A DNA stretch of 64,000 nt, taken from Flaccisagitta enflata (Eukaryota). This document shows, piece by piece, positions 1 through 23,352 of this stretch. The stretch covers positions 11,284,001-11,348,000 of the forward strand of contig OZ231126.1 in the NCBI GenBank assembly GCA_965153355.1. Reading direction: 5' to 3'. The position numbers and the translations under genes were made by a program. The first letter of the stretch is position 1. Every line of letters begins with the position of its first letter. The notes beneath the pieces were generated by a model. It did not search any database. It was not told where the DNA came from and saw nothing but the letters and a program-made list of their open reading frames with translations.

Positions 1-696
1 AGTTTTCTATGGCAATCTTTTCTCAGATCCTCTTTACATTGTTGATTTAAAGGGTTATGAGCTCAAGAGTTGCAGCATCTTCTATATAAATCAGTCTATT
101 TATACCACCCAAATGTTTTTTTTTGATGAATATCATTGTTCATATTGATTTCTTTAATAAAACATTATCTAGATACTAATTTAGATACTAGCAAAAAAAT
201 CCTAGATACTTTCTGGATACTTTTTGGGGTTCCTTTAGATACTTTGCCTCCACTACATTTGGCGACCGAGCCCGTGAGTTACACAGTGGACAAAACAAAA
301 TAGGTAGAGAGCTCACTCTGATCCAAATTACTGTTATTAAACAGCAGGCTGTAAATAACGATTGGTTGTGAAAATTGTAGCCGGCTGTCATCTTACAAAG
401 TCGGCAAAAATCCAACCTTAATAGAATAGAACGTGACTAGCATATTCATAATCCTGATGAAATTCTGAGAAGTTTGACATATCACACTTAACACTTTTTA
501 TAAAGAATAATCTTTAAATATTATATTATACCATTATTAAACATTGATAAACAATGTCTATTTTTATGTAAAAGTATATGTTATGACATATCAAACTTGT
601 CAGAATTTTACCAGGATTATAAATTTGCAGGTCTCATTCTATTTGGTGAAAGTTGGATTTTTGCTTACTTTGTGGCATAACAGCCGGCTGTAATTT

Positions 697-10451
<9,755 letters not shown>

Positions 10452-10922
10452 CAAATTTAAACGTTGGAGGATCCTTCTTTCTTTCTTTCTTTCTTTCTTT
10501 CCTGTATCCTCCTGCATCCTAGGCCGGCACTTCGGCGCTCTCCTGCCGTGTAGCGTTGCTACCGTGCTACACAAAATCGGCACCTCTGGTCTGAAGATTG
10601 ACTTTTTAATCTGCGATTCTTTGAAAGAACATATCTCGAAAAAAAAAAAGATTAAACAGTTCCCTATATGGGCATAGTAGGTTTAAAAAACTTCGCCTTT
10701 TTAATTTTCTTTTCTCCATTAACTTGATTTTCTTGATTTTCTGGACTGGCTTGATTTCCTCATTTTCCATCTTTTACTTTTCTTCTTCTTCTTCTTCTTC
10801 TTCTGGATTAGCATTACAAACACAGTTTAAGACAAATTATTTAATATAATAAAATGGTTGAAAACAACAAGAATTAGATACTCAATCACGGCTTTTCTTT
10901 CCTTGCGAAAAAAATGTCCATT

Positions 10923-11181
10923 TCAAATGTCCAACTCTGGAAGATCGACCGTATTTAAAATTTCTTGAAGGATGACCTGAGGAGAAAAAAAATCCGTTTG
11001 TGTAAAATTCCATGAAGTCTGTATGGCTGCCTGTGTCCGTTTTTTTTTGTCTGTTTGGCGCTCTCCGGTTGTCCTTCTCTGTCTCTGTCCACTGTTTGGC
11101 TGTGTATCTGTGTGTCTGTCTATGTGTCTATGTGTCTGTGTTTCTGCCTGGGTCTGTCCGTCTGTCTGTCTAAGTTAGATT

Positions 11182-11237
<56 letters not shown>

Positions 11238-13754
11238 TTCATGGGTGGTCCCAAAGCCAAAGCCACGACGTCCTTGATGATGTTGATGACGAAGTTGTTG
11301 AACTTGTTGAGGATGAAGTTGAGGATGTTGAGATTTCCTTTGATTTCCGTTTTGATTTCTCCCAAATCCACGATGGCGAAATTGTGAAGCGTCGGACGAG
11401 CGCCTTTCTCCAATGGCTATGTATGAACGGAATGAATGAATGAATGAATGAATGAATGAATGAATTACCTAATGAATGAATGAATGAATGAATGAATGAA
11501 TTACCTAATGAATGAATGAATGAATGAATGAATGAATGAATGAATGAATGAATGAATGAATGAATGAATTAATGACTTTATAAGCTATTAACCCTTGGAT
11601 ATTCGGATACGCTCTCCTTGCCCTTAGCCCCTTACCTTTTCGATTTCAAATGTAAATCCAACAGCTTGCATGGCGATGTTGACACCAAATGAAGGACCGA
11701 CATTCATGAACTTGGCGGAAGCTTTGTAGTTCCCGGTCAAATCATTGACTCCAACTGTAGCGCGGATTCGAGTCCCGTTGTCCATCTTTGTTGTTGATGC
11801 CAATCCAGTTCTGAAGATTCATCAGTAATTCCCGGTCAATGTGTAGATATTGACCTCAGATCCTAAATCTGAGTCCTTGTGAATTTTCCTATTTCTCTTT
11901 TATATGCGGCCGGTCTGAAGGTAGTAAAGGCATGGGCTCTAGCTTGAACTAATCTGCTTGAATTTGGTCCTGAAAGATACCTTGGCATATGCACATAACT
12001 CTGTTCATCTCATTTACCAAAATTTTGAACTTCTTAGGGGCCCTTAGGGGCCCTTAAAAAAGCCCCTAATGAGGATTTTTTTTGAAAAAAAAGTGGGGTG
12101 CAATTGATAGGAAATTATTTGATTTGCCTAGATCCAAAATCTTGTAATTTCACTTTTTTGAAAAAAACTTAGAAAACTTTTGTGTCGGCCATATTATAAA
12201 AAAAAAGTTTACAGATTCTCCGGGAATTTTTTCAGCCTGATATGGTTCAAACAAATGTTCATAACTTCCGAAGTATTTGAGCCAGAACCTTGAAATTTGA
12301 AACGTGCAATATTGAAAGCATTGGGCAGGTCCATGCAAAAGATTGAGCTACTGACGGACCTATGAAAATTTTTGAGTCTAAGTCTACAATGTGACATTAA
12401 CATATCCCATTTGATTGGAGGGTTGCAAGGGGCTGTCTAAAAATCAACAAATGCATCATGGCTTCCTGTTTTCACTTTTACACAATTACAGTTAACCCTG
12501 CTTCAACAAACCCGTCACAAAAGAAACTCCGCCTATGGTGGATGCAAGTTCATACTTCCTTCATGTTGTTTCTTTTCATTTCTATTAACAGAATCTATTT
12601 CCATCAACAGAATTATTTCTATTAACAAATTTCCGCTTATAACAGATGCAATTTGTTTGTCCTCAGAAGTCCGTTTGAGCGAGATTTTAACTGTACCTGT
12701 GAATAGAGCTGAGGCCTTTTAGGAAGCCATCGTAGACCTTCGCCGAACCACGCAGTTCCATGCCGAGAACCTTCTTGGAGAATTCAAAGGACCTGATGGG
12801 CAACATGAGAGGGTCTAATCCCGTGTTCTTGATCGCCACTCGAAGGTTCTTCAAAATCTGTTGAAAGACATACGATGACTGATGAACGAAAGTGGAATCC
12901 TAGAACTCATTTTACTATGAGCCAGTATGGCGAACTGCCGTTGACTCCTAGGACTCAAGCCACTATGAGCCCTCTTACAGAGTTGGCCTGATGTTGGTGT
13001 ATGTAATTGGAAACGGATTGGTCAGTGACCAATCTGGTATTTATTACAGATGGCAATCGCCCTCAAGGGGCCTTCAATAATTCAAACCATTTCGATGAAA
13101 ACCATCCGGTTGTAACTTTGAAATTACGGCAACCTTCGTCTCGCAAAAGTACAAAAGGAAACAAACTGACATAAGAAAACAAGGCCGGATACACGGCCAA
13201 TACCAGTTGCGGACGGGTGGGCAGGAGCAGAAATGCGCGTTTCCACACTTTCCAACTCGATCACCATGACGGACCAACCAACGGACCGACGGACCGACGG
13301 ACGGACAGCTTCCTTATAGAGTTGCGTAAGTCCGCAACTAAAACAAAGCTTATCTGCATACGATGTTCTTGATGAGAAGATAGAGAACGCTGACTCCAAT
13401 CTTTTCTGACCAAAGAACAAGGCCGGGATACACGCCACACCAGTCGTACGGGTGGGCAGGGTGGAAATGCGCGTTTTCACACTTCTCAAACCTGATCACC
13501 ACGGACTGACGGACTGACGGACCGACGGACGGACGCGTGACCAACGGACGGACGGACGGACAGACGACAAAGCCTCTTATAGAGTCGCTTGTCCGCGACT
13601 AAAAAAGAAGTTAAAAGCCTACCTCATCAGCGTAATCGTTGGCATTTCCACTGTGGACATCGACGATTCCTTCAATTCCATCACCAGCAGTTTGAGGCCG
13701 TGCTGAGGCCAAACTCAAACACACCAACAAAAAGACGCAAACTGAGGATCTCAT
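10923..13754 (-). CDS. Gene 2: secreted group-7 mite allergen (Der p 7)-like lipid-binding protein, 233 aa, 5 exons (13754-13623, 12857-12697, 11810-11636, 11416-11237, 10976-10923)
   Basis: All junctions are GT-AG and in phase, totalling 702 nt from ATG to TGA. It starts with the signal peptide MRSSVCVFLLVCLSLASA. It then reads NANDYADEILKNLR...GLDPLMLP...GSAKVYDGFLKGLSSIHRTG...ASAKFMNVGP...VILQEILNTVDLP, which is characteristic of the Grp7_allergen family. Confidence 0.9.
11430..11572. repeat. (GAAT)n microsatellite, intronic
   Basis: Seen directly in the sequence. Confidence 0.9.
12489..12693. mobile_element. TA-flanked Tc1/mariner (pogo-like) MITE at the 5' end of gene 2 intron 2
   Basis: ta|CAGTTAACCCTGCTTCAAC ... 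GTTTGAGCGAGATTTTAACTG|ta. Confidence 0.75.
13178..13603 (-). mobile_element. Two tandem HINE family H1 copies in gene 2 intron 1 (13178-13343, 13416-13603)
   Basis: Each has an AACAAGGCCGGATACACG-type end, GGGTGGGCAGG, a (GGAC)n tract and a terminal palindrome such as AGTTGCG..CGCAACTAAAA. Confidence 0.85.
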
Positions 13755-14021
13755 CTTTCTCGTTGGTTGTGTGAAAATTCGACGGGATTTGAAATGGATG
13801 TCAACAGTTTAAACAGATTAAAAGTATAATTAATTTTTTTTTTAAAAAAAGATTATACAAGCCGCGAAAATCCATTTTCGTGTTCAAGCCATCGTTTTTA
13901 TATGAGTAATAAGCCGTATTTAATGGGGCTGAAGATCGTGATCGACTTCAAATGTGACCCCATTAATAACAAGTTATGAGCACTTAACTAGGCTGATCAG
14001 ATGTGAGGTTCTCATGAAATA

Positions 14022-16814
14022 CACTCTTTTTTTCTTATAAGAACATGTTATTTTTTTCTGAGGCTCAATGTTCTTCACTACCATATTTCCAGAACACACA
14101 TGAGTTCAAATTATTCTCAGATGTTTCTTTTTTCTTTTCAAAACTCAGCGCCTCCATAATATGCTATAATAGTTACAGGAATACTCAAAATTATGATTGC
14201 TAATTAAAAGGACATGAGAAATGAATGATCAATCACAAACAAATTGTATTTAAGTTTAAAACTCATTGAAGTAAACTATAATACAGTGGACTACCGCCTT
14301 TTCGTCACCTGATTTAACGACATTTCGGATTTAACATCCAGGTTTCCTTGGTCCCAAATTTTAACAGGCTTATGTAATGTTAATTTTACCTGATTTAATG
14401 ACACCTAATATAACAGCCAAACCTGATTTAAAGTCGCTTTTTTCAGGTCCCTTGAAATTTTTTTTTCTGATTTAGTGACCTTTACTTTTTAGTTTAGTTA
14501 GGTGATTTGAATCTTCATTGAAGCTATGATGTATTATAGAATTGTAGAAAAATATTTTAATATAAACTAAGACTGAGACAAAAACGTGAACAAGATAGCA
14601 ACTAAAGAATGAAAAAAATTATGCACCCCCCTCTACATAGCCCCCAAAAGAAAAACCAAAAAACCGTCTCTGGGGACCCTAAGAACTATCATCTGGGATG
14701 TCTTAGCTACCTAAAACAACATCAGACTAAATCATTTGAATGCAAAATTTTGATAAAAGCTATTTTTGGTATAAAACTGCTATTTTTAAAAGATATTTGG
14801 TATTTTTCTGTTCATTTAGCTTCCAAAACTAGAAAATATCTGAAAAGTGTAGGGACATTTAATATACAACTGCTTTTACCGCCTAAGCTAGGTTTGGTTA
14901 ATATTTTAAAGATTAGAGCAAAAAAAAAAAAAAAAAAACAGCAAATTAAGGTCTTTTTTAACATTTTTTCTGTCTAAAATTGTTCTAGCTACTCTAAAAG
15001 TTCAAATCATAAAAGCAGTAACGTAGTTTTACTTTTTAAAGCAATTTTAATGAAATATCTATCACTTAAAAGTTTAAAAATGACTTAGAAACGGTAAATT
15101 CAGGCCTTTGTAGGTGCGACAAAGCACCTTTATAACTGGCTGTGTCCGTCGGTTGGTTTGTCGGTTGGTTGGTAACGCATTACGTACGCTAGCATGTTGG
15201 TCATTCATCTACACACCCCCCTCTGCATGGCCCCAAAAGTATAAACAAGATTTTTTTTTTGCTCTTTAGGCTATATTTCAGGTAATATGTTAAAATAACT
15301 ATTTGATAAAGGAATGGTAAAAATTATAAGATTATTATTATATGATGCAATAACCTGAAATATTTCCAAGATTTTATGCATTTTCATCATTCTCAACTCG
15401 ATCACCATAACGGACGGACGGATCAACGGACCGATGGACAGAAAAACGGACGGACGGACAAAGCTTCTTATAGAGATGCGTGGATGCATCTAAAAATGCT
15501 ATGGGATGGAGTGACCAACCTGCCGACCAACACAGCAAGGTGTAAGGTTGCGAGTCCATGATTAAGACTACAAAAAAATCAAATATATGTAAAAATATAT
15601 GTAATAGTTAGATATCTATGAATATATATATAATATATATCTTTAAATAAACAAAATAATTAAGAAACAATTTGATCATGATGAAGCTTGAAAATACAAA
15701 AAAAAACCTGAATTTACGGCATTTCCAAGTGATTTTTTAAACTTGCGATAGATATTTCATTAAAATTGCTAAAAAGTCAAAAATTATGTAGTCCAACTGT
15801 TTCCACACACTTTTTATAGTTTACAGGCTTTTTGAAATAGTTAGAACAATTTTAAGGCAGAAAAAATATTAAAAAACAGCTTAATTTGCTGTTTTTTTGC
15901 TATTTTTTTGCTCTTATCTTTAAAATATTAACCAAAACTAGCTTGAAATGGTAAAACCAGTTGTATATTAGGTATCCCTACACTTTTCAGGTGTTTTCTA
16001 AAGTTTTGGAAGCTATGTGAACAGAAAAAATGCCAAATACGCTGAAAAATACTTGATTTTTGCAAAAAAAATGACTTTTATCTAAATTTTGCATTAAAAA
16101 CTGATTAATTAATGCTGCTTTTTTATGGAACAAGACATCCTAGAGATAAATGTGTCCCCAGAAACGGTTTTTTGCTTTTCTTTAGCTATGTAGAGGGGTA
16201 TGAACAAAAACAATGAAATATCATCAGTAGATAGGTTTTTTTTTTTTATTGAATTAAAATCAGTTATTTTTTAGTAATATTTTTTATCCCATAAATGATT
16301 TATGGCATCTTAAACTTATCTTTTACATGACATTGTGAGTCGTTACAAGGCTACATTTATCTCTCTGTTTTTGTTTGTCTGTTGTTCTGTTTGTCTATAT
16401 GTCTGTCATTCTGTTTATCTTTTGCTCTGTCTTTATGTCTGTTGACTATTTACACAATTACTTGAATACTGACTATAATAATCAATTAGGCACTGATGCT
16501 AGCCTTTATTGCTTATGAAGCAGTTTAGATCAATGAGAGAAAATGATAGATTCGATTTAACAACATTCGGATTTAACGACCAAAATTTTCTGGTCCCTTC
16601 AAGGTCGTTAAATCGGGTTCCCACTGTAATCACACAATCACAATTATTTTTATTTACAGCAGTTCCCTCATTAACCTAAAGCAAAAACAGAAAGAATGTT
16701 CTTATAACCACCCCTACTGTGAGACTGACGATATTCTTATGATTGTTCTTATTTTTTACAAAATATGAGCCTCAATGTTCTTATAAACAAGGTTCTTAGT
16801 CAAAGAAAAGAGTG
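14022..16814. mobile_element. Nested MITE cluster: outer CACTCTTTT element > CAGTGG element (14284-16626) > long foldback (14621-16202) > HINE fragments (~15108-15570)
   Basis: The two outer elements have paired TA-flanked inverted ends. 14621-15104 and 15706-16202 are diverged inverted copies. Confidence 0.8.
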
Positions 16815-17314
16815 TAGAACACCGAGAGCGTGAAGATTGCTAGTTTGTTAGTGTTACCGAGAGTTTTTAGATGCGTCGACGCATTTGTAGAAGCGGGTTT
16901 GCCTTTCTGTCCCTTCGTCCTTACATACATTCGTCCTTCCCTTCTTCCGTCCTCCCGTCCTTCCGTCCACCCGTCCACCTGATCTTTCAGAAATGACTAT
17001 CATATAAAGCCAAATGGGCTCTTACAAGTTGCTACTTATCAGTTACTACTTAGACTGGGGATTGGGGACGCAGCTGACAAAGTGGGAAGCGTTTATTTAG
17101 GTTTCTGGGCGGGTTACGCTCTTTAAATTAAATAAGTTCTGAGGCCTTTGTTTAAAAAGATTTTCGGGTCCTATTCCTGTTGGCGACGTTGTGTATCAAC
17201 TCTATATCGACCAACGATTACCGAAAACAAAAGACATAGACTCAGAGAAAAAGTTTAACGGTAACTTCAATCGAATGATGTGCACTGACGGGCACTAGGG
17301 CTACTTAGCAAATT

Positions 17315-18027
17315 CAGGCCTCTAGATTTTGGAGCAGCGAGCAGCACCGCTTCTCGGCAGGGAAAGGAAGATGTTGGCAGGTCCCAATGATAGAAGAAGA
17401 AGAAGAAGAAGAAGAAGAAGAAGAAGAAGAAGAAGAAGAAGAAGAAGAAGAAGAAGAAGAAGGAAAAAGCAAGAAAAGAAACAGAAGAAGAAGGAGAAGA
17501 TTGAAATGAAGATGATGGTAATTGCAGTCAGCATTGATATCATTTGCATATTGTAGTTTTACGATTACTGCTCTTGCATAACTTAGTTGATTCGGAAATC
17601 TGTGAGTTTGAATTAAGGTATAATAACAACTTAGTCCTTTATGTTGTGAACTGAAAAAAGAAAAATCTTATTCGCATGTAAAAATTATCAACATCAACAT
17701 GTGTTTCATGAAGCCGCCCCCCAAAAAATGGATATTGATGATACAATCACCGAAAAAAACTGGAAAAATTAGAAATATACTGATTGATATGTTCGCTACT
17801 GTGTAAGCTTTAAACACATTGGTGGGGATGAGAGCCATCATTGCTCATTAGCTTGGCGGGTAACTGTAGGCAGTGCCGCAGTGGCAGGGCCCAGGTTGAC
17901 AAACCAGCCACACCTGCATTGGAAGTGGAACTTTTTGTTTTCCATTGACCCCTTTTTTAAGTTAAATTGGCAGCGTTCAGGGGAAAATTTTTGCCTTGTC
18001 GGCAGAAAAGAACAATCAAGAGGCCTG
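17315..18027 (-). mobile_element. hAT-type non-autonomous element, copy 2 (inverted relative to 6987-7718)
   Basis: Same TIRs and collinear internal sequence, including an expanded (GAA)n tract. Partial TSD CTTAGCA on both sides. Confidence 0.85.
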
Positions 18028-18137
18028 CTTAGCATGATTCGGGAACATGCCTGAGATGCCCTGTGAGGGCTCAAAGTTGCCCTACTATCTTGGAATAAAA
18101 ATCTTTCCTCCCGTTTTAACAAATATCTCTGGTGTTA

Positions 18138-18502
18138 TACAACCAATCTTAAAAAAAGTTGGAGACGGAATTTAAGCCCTTCAAATTTGCAAGTGAGCTA
18201 TGCAAACCGCATCTTTCCTGGTATGTCATTGCTTAAAAGGGGCCCAAAATCTGGCCCCATATCTTGATGCTAGATCTGGTTTTGAGCGATGACATATCAC
18301 CATCTTTTTAACTTTAAGTCATTAAACTGTAAATGAAATCTTTCAATTTAGCTTTTGCCATTTCTACACAATCTTCTAACAAATCACTTCACTCTTTTTT
18401 AAATTACTACTAAATGAGCTGGGCTAGACAGATGCGGTTTGCGAAGACTGCTTGCAAATTCGAAGGGCTTCATTTATGTCACCTACTGTTCTATAATTTG
18501 TA
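18138..18502. mobile_element. Degenerate palindromic MITE
   Basis: AAGCCCTTCAAATTTGCAAG...GCAAACCGCATCT pairs with AGATGCGGTTTGC...CTTGCAAATTCGAAGGGCTT. Confidence 0.7.
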
Positions 18503-18530
18503 GAGTCTGTTTAGAGCTTCAAGTCTAAAC

Positions 18531-18668
18531 TTAGCAAAAGAAGAGATCAAGAAAATGGCGTTAATGGTCTGGAGCGCCATAACTCCAGAGTACCTCAAGA
18601 AGCTCTACGAATTGCTTTCTGGATGAATGACAGTTGTGATTCAATCAAAAGGGACTCACACTATATAT
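18531..18668 (+). pseudogene. Tc1-family transposase C-terminal remnant
   Basis: Translates LAKEEIKKMALMVWSAITPEYLKKLYELLSG*MTVVIQSKGTHTIY, matching the Tc1 C-terminal pattern W..I....L.KL..SM..R...VI..KG..TKY. It contains an in-frame stop. Confidence 0.8.
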
Positions 18669-19217
18669 TTTACTATATATTTTAAATTATTATGCACTCA
18701 TGTTTATATCAATAAATGAACTTATTTTCAAAAAGGAAAGATTTTTTTTCCAAGATAGTATCAAGCCATAACTCTGGTTACTCAGGCTCTTATTCAGCCT
18801 TTTAATTTGCAAATTTACCCTCAAATCAGTCCCTAATATACCTGATATTTGCGCTCTAAGCAATCAAAACAGCCCTTAGATGTTCCCTCGTCTAGCCGGC
18901 TGGATATACAACCCTGTGTTTTACAGGTCATCGGTCCTAAGAGGCTGATGCTGCTCCACTTCTTCAGCTAATGTGTTTTGTTTTGTGGCTTAAGTTTATA
19001 CTCGTGCCATGGGATGGGATGGGATGTGGGTGGGTTTGAACTTAGGATTAGGTGTGGTGTTAGAGAAGGAGTTGGGCTTAGAGGTGGTGTAGTGTAATGG
19101 ATTAAGTTAAGAGTATGGCAGAGTGAAGGATTAAGTTACGGCAGAGTTGGGCTTCCGGTTGTGGTTTTGATTTCGTGCCCTCCCCCCCCCCAAAAAAAAA
19201 AGTCAGGAGTGTATATA

Positions 19218-19783
19218 CAGCATGTTTCATCTCGACCGTAACATTTCATGACGGTGTAGCTCCAAAAGTAATAAAGATAATTCAATTCTGTAAAAAACAT
19301 CTGGAAGATAATACTTTAGCATTTTGTTATCAATAATTCCTAGGAATTTTTAAAGAAATATCAGCCTTTAAAAACATTATGAACTGGAAAATATGCTATG
19401 CAAAAAAAGGATATTTTACTATTTTGCTAGTTATACTGTCTTTCCTTAAATTGCTCTTATTTTCAAACAGTTTTAGCTACTGATGCCAGATTGGTCTTTA
19501 ATAAGAGAAATTTTTTTGTAGTTTGTAAATAATAAAAAAGAATAGAAGCCTATTGATATATACCTCAGAAATATAATGAATAAAATAACATTTTTTTGGC
19601 ATTTTGTGCGATCTAGCTAGCTATGTGATAAAAGCGTCCAATTTTTGTCAAAAAGTCCTAGGAATTGATGAACATTAAATGCTAAAGTATTATCTTTCAG
19701 ATATTTTTTACAGAATTGAATTATCTTTAATACTTTTGGAGCTACATTGTCATGAAATGTTACAGTCGAGATGAAACATACTG
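19218..19783. mobile_element. TA-flanked Tc1/mariner foldback MITE inserted into the left end of a CAGG-ended element (19204-20089)
   Basis: ta|CAGCATGTTTCATCTCGACCGTAACATTTCATGAC ... GTCATGAAATGTTACAGTCGAGATGAAACATACTG|ta. Removing it restores CAGGAGTGTATATAATTGAGT, which pairs with ACTCAATTATATACAGGCCTG near 20069-20089. Confidence 0.9.
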
Positions 19784-20218
19784 TAATTGAGTGGCTTTTG
19801 ATATTCCCCCCCCCCCTGCCTTTGATTTTCTTTCCCGCGCTGCATCACGTCGCGTTACGAAATCTATGATTTTCTTCCCGATAAAGCAATAAAACAGTGT
19901 ATTTAAGGTTTAAATAGTGTTAAATTGTGTTTTACTAATCAAGTTTTATGACATGGTACTGCTAAAAGTTATATTTTCCCAAATTTCTATTTTATTTTTT
20001 CCCCCTTCCTTTCCCTTCCCCATCTCCAAGCCCTTTGATTCCCCCCCCCCCCGCCGGGGCGGGGGGGAACTCAATTATATACAGGCCTGGTTAAAAACAC
20101 ACACGAAAGAACAATTCGTTAAAATCGTGTTAGGCCACAATTATCGCCATAAAATTCGATATCTCATCACGTGCTTGAATCTGCGAATGATCGTGCTTCA
20201 TGCAAACAGGACCGTGGA

Positions 20219-20583
20219 AAAACAAGGCCAACACCTATGAGTTGCGTGCAAGACATAAATAACTTAAGATGACTTTTGTTGACTCAAAATGACTTAAAAT
20301 GACTCAAGACAACTTTAAATGACTTAAAAAGACCTTAAATGACTGAAATGACTACTTTTACCTATTTGACTTAAGTGACTTAAAATAACTTAGAATGACT
20401 TAGAATGACTTAGAATAATTTAAAATGACTTAGAATGACTAGAAATAATTTAAAGTATAATAAAAAAGTAAAGTGTGATGGACGGATCGGACCGGCTGGA
20501 CCGATTGGACGGATGGACGGACGGACCGACGGACTGACGAACCGACAAAGCGGGTTGTAGAGTCGCGTGCACGCAACTAAAAA
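20219..20583 (-). mobile_element. HINE H1 variant with an internal 10-bp array (AAAATGACTT)n
   Basis: AACAAGGCCAACACCTAT end and AGTCGCGTGCACGCAACTAAAA end. A near-identical architecture occurs at 59612-59993. Confidence 0.85.
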
Positions 20584-20653
20584 CTCGTTAAATGTGTAAA
20601 TTAGTGAGAAAAGATTCGCAGAGAATTCGAGAATGCGCAACCTGTTTCAACGG

Positions 20654-21126
<473 letters not shown>

Positions 21127-21916
21127 CTCTCATTCATGCCTGGTTCAGGGCCGGTATGGGTTGGGCAATAGCTCATCGTGTTTTTGCTCGGTGATGTGGG
21201 GGTCATTAAAACAATCCGGGGGAAATTGTGAGAGAAATTTTCACTTTGATCCGTATCTAAAAATAAAGAATGAAAGGAAATGGATTATATTTGATTTTTG
21301 CAAAAAAAAAATGGTAAATGTGCGAGGTTTTGAAAAGGTTGTTCATCTAGAATCTTTTACTGTTTAGTGTTTCATTTAAGCAATTTATTATCTTGCCTTG
21401 GCCTTGAGATGCACTTTTCGAAATTCGACAGAGGTAAAATCAATTTAAAAATATTTAAAAAGACGTACACGCAGTCATGTTGTGACTTAGCAACATGCAC
21501 ATGCACATGCGCATTCGGTATTCAGGGTTGTAAGCTTGAGCTTCAATATGAATCGTGTATTCTTCAGATAGTCGATGATTATTTCTGAATGAGCGACTGT
21601 GCTTGCAGCTTCATGCTTGCAGCTTCATGCTTGCAGCTTCTTGCTTTCTCCCATCCACACGGGATGGTGAAACCATGTCAGAGAGTTTACTGCAATTTGC
21701 AATATACAATTTGTAACTTCGCTCACAAAATTGCCTACGAAATATTGCAAGCATTAATAAAAACTCGTGCCGCTAGGAGAGGCATAAATGAAGTCTTACC
21801 CTGCATATATGAAAATGTTTTGAATTTTTTTTGTTTTTTTTTTTAATTATTTTCTATTAAGTTAAAAGTAAAAAGATTTTAGATGAATTTCTGAAGAGAA
21901 TAATTTCCTTCATCTA

Positions 21917-22674
21917 CACCGCCTTTAAATCGAATTGAGTTATGTTAAACCTTTATAAATGCTAAACTACTTGACAAAAAGTCTTCAAATTTTCAAAGAA
22001 TGTTGTAAATATATCATGGTTTTTATACAAACCTCAAATTAGAAATATTAGATAGTTGAGGATTGGCAAAACATCAAATAAAATTCACTTTTGAAGCAGC
22101 GACAATTCTTCCATATTTTCTTCCGTGAAGAAGATTTCTTTATTTGCACGCTTTTTCTAAAGAAAAAACGCTACAGCCCTGGGGAAGGTCTCAAATGGCA
22201 GACAGTATATCATAGATTTTAATTCTGTAAAAAAAATTAGAAAATTTGATATTTCAAGAGGTTACGATTGATTTGAAAAAAAAATTCTGCTGTCATGCAG
22301 ACTTCAAATTCTGGAAAATTGATCAAAATCTTCATAAATGTAAAAAATGGTCAAAAATTTTGCCAAAACTAAAAAATATGATCTTTTTTTTAATTGGAGA
22401 CCAGTCTCAGGGTTCCAGCTCAATGTATTTTGAAATGGGAAATTCATAATAACAACTTCTTTCAAAAAACCCGATGAAATAAGTGATTTTGCCCATAAAA
22501 ATCCACTTTTTTCAATGATTTGCTGATCCTCACCTTTCCATGACCAAAAATTGAAGTTTTGCTCAACAAAACCGTAGTATATTACCAACATTCTCTGAAA
22601 ATTTGAAGACTTTTTGCCAAGTAGTTTAGGATTTATAAAGGTTTAACATAACTCAATTCGATTTAAAGACGGTG
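21917..22674. mobile_element. TA-flanked MITE with ~90-bp TIRs
   Basis: ta|CACCGCCTTTAAATCGAATTGAGTTATGTTAAACCTTTATAAAT ... ATTTATAAAGGTTTAACATAACTCAATTCGATTTAAAGACGGTG|ta. Confidence 0.9.
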
Positions 22675-22776
22675 TATCTTACATCACTCGTTGATGTTTA
22701 AGATAACTGTTTTTTTATCATTCAATAACAGAAAATGTTTTAATAGAAAATCAGACCAGCGAAAGGTGGCGAAATC

Positions 22777-23352
22777 TGAGTTAAAAAAATTCCTCGATGG
22801 TTGTGACATGTATAATTAAATACAATTCATTGTTGAGAATTGATGTTGACCTTTAAAAAAAAATTTCCCTTTAAATTTTTTTGTAAAATTCATTAAAAAT
22901 TATCAATTTTCCCCTAAAATTTCATATAAATCTGAAGGATATATCTATTCTAAAACTCTGATTCAAGATTCATATTCTTGGTAAAATTTCCAATCATTTG
23001 ATAGGTCACACTATATAGTTTCATGAAAAAATAAGTATTTTCATGTTTTATGCCACCGTTACTTTATTTGTAATGGTGGTATAGAAATTGAAAATTTTGT
23101 TTATTGATAAGATTATATAGTGCGACCTATCAAATGATTGAATATTTTATCAGGAAAATTAATCTTGAATCAGAAATTCAAAACACATAAATCTTAAAGT
23201 TTTATATCAAATATTTGAAAAATTTAAAACGTTTTAGTCATTTTTGCAAAAATTTTCGAAGGAATTTTTTTTAAAGGGTCAACATTTATTCTCCACTAAA
23301 AATTGTACCAGCTTACACCAGTCACTACCAATGAGGATTTTTTTGAACTCAT
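22777..23352. mobile_element. Full-length imperfect palindrome (foldback MITE) centred near 23067
   Basis: Arms pair throughout, e.g. CAATCATTTGATAGGTCACACTATATA / TATATAGTGCGACCTATCAAATGATTG and TGTTGACCTTTAAAAAA / TTTTTTAAAGGGTCAACA. Confidence 0.8.
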
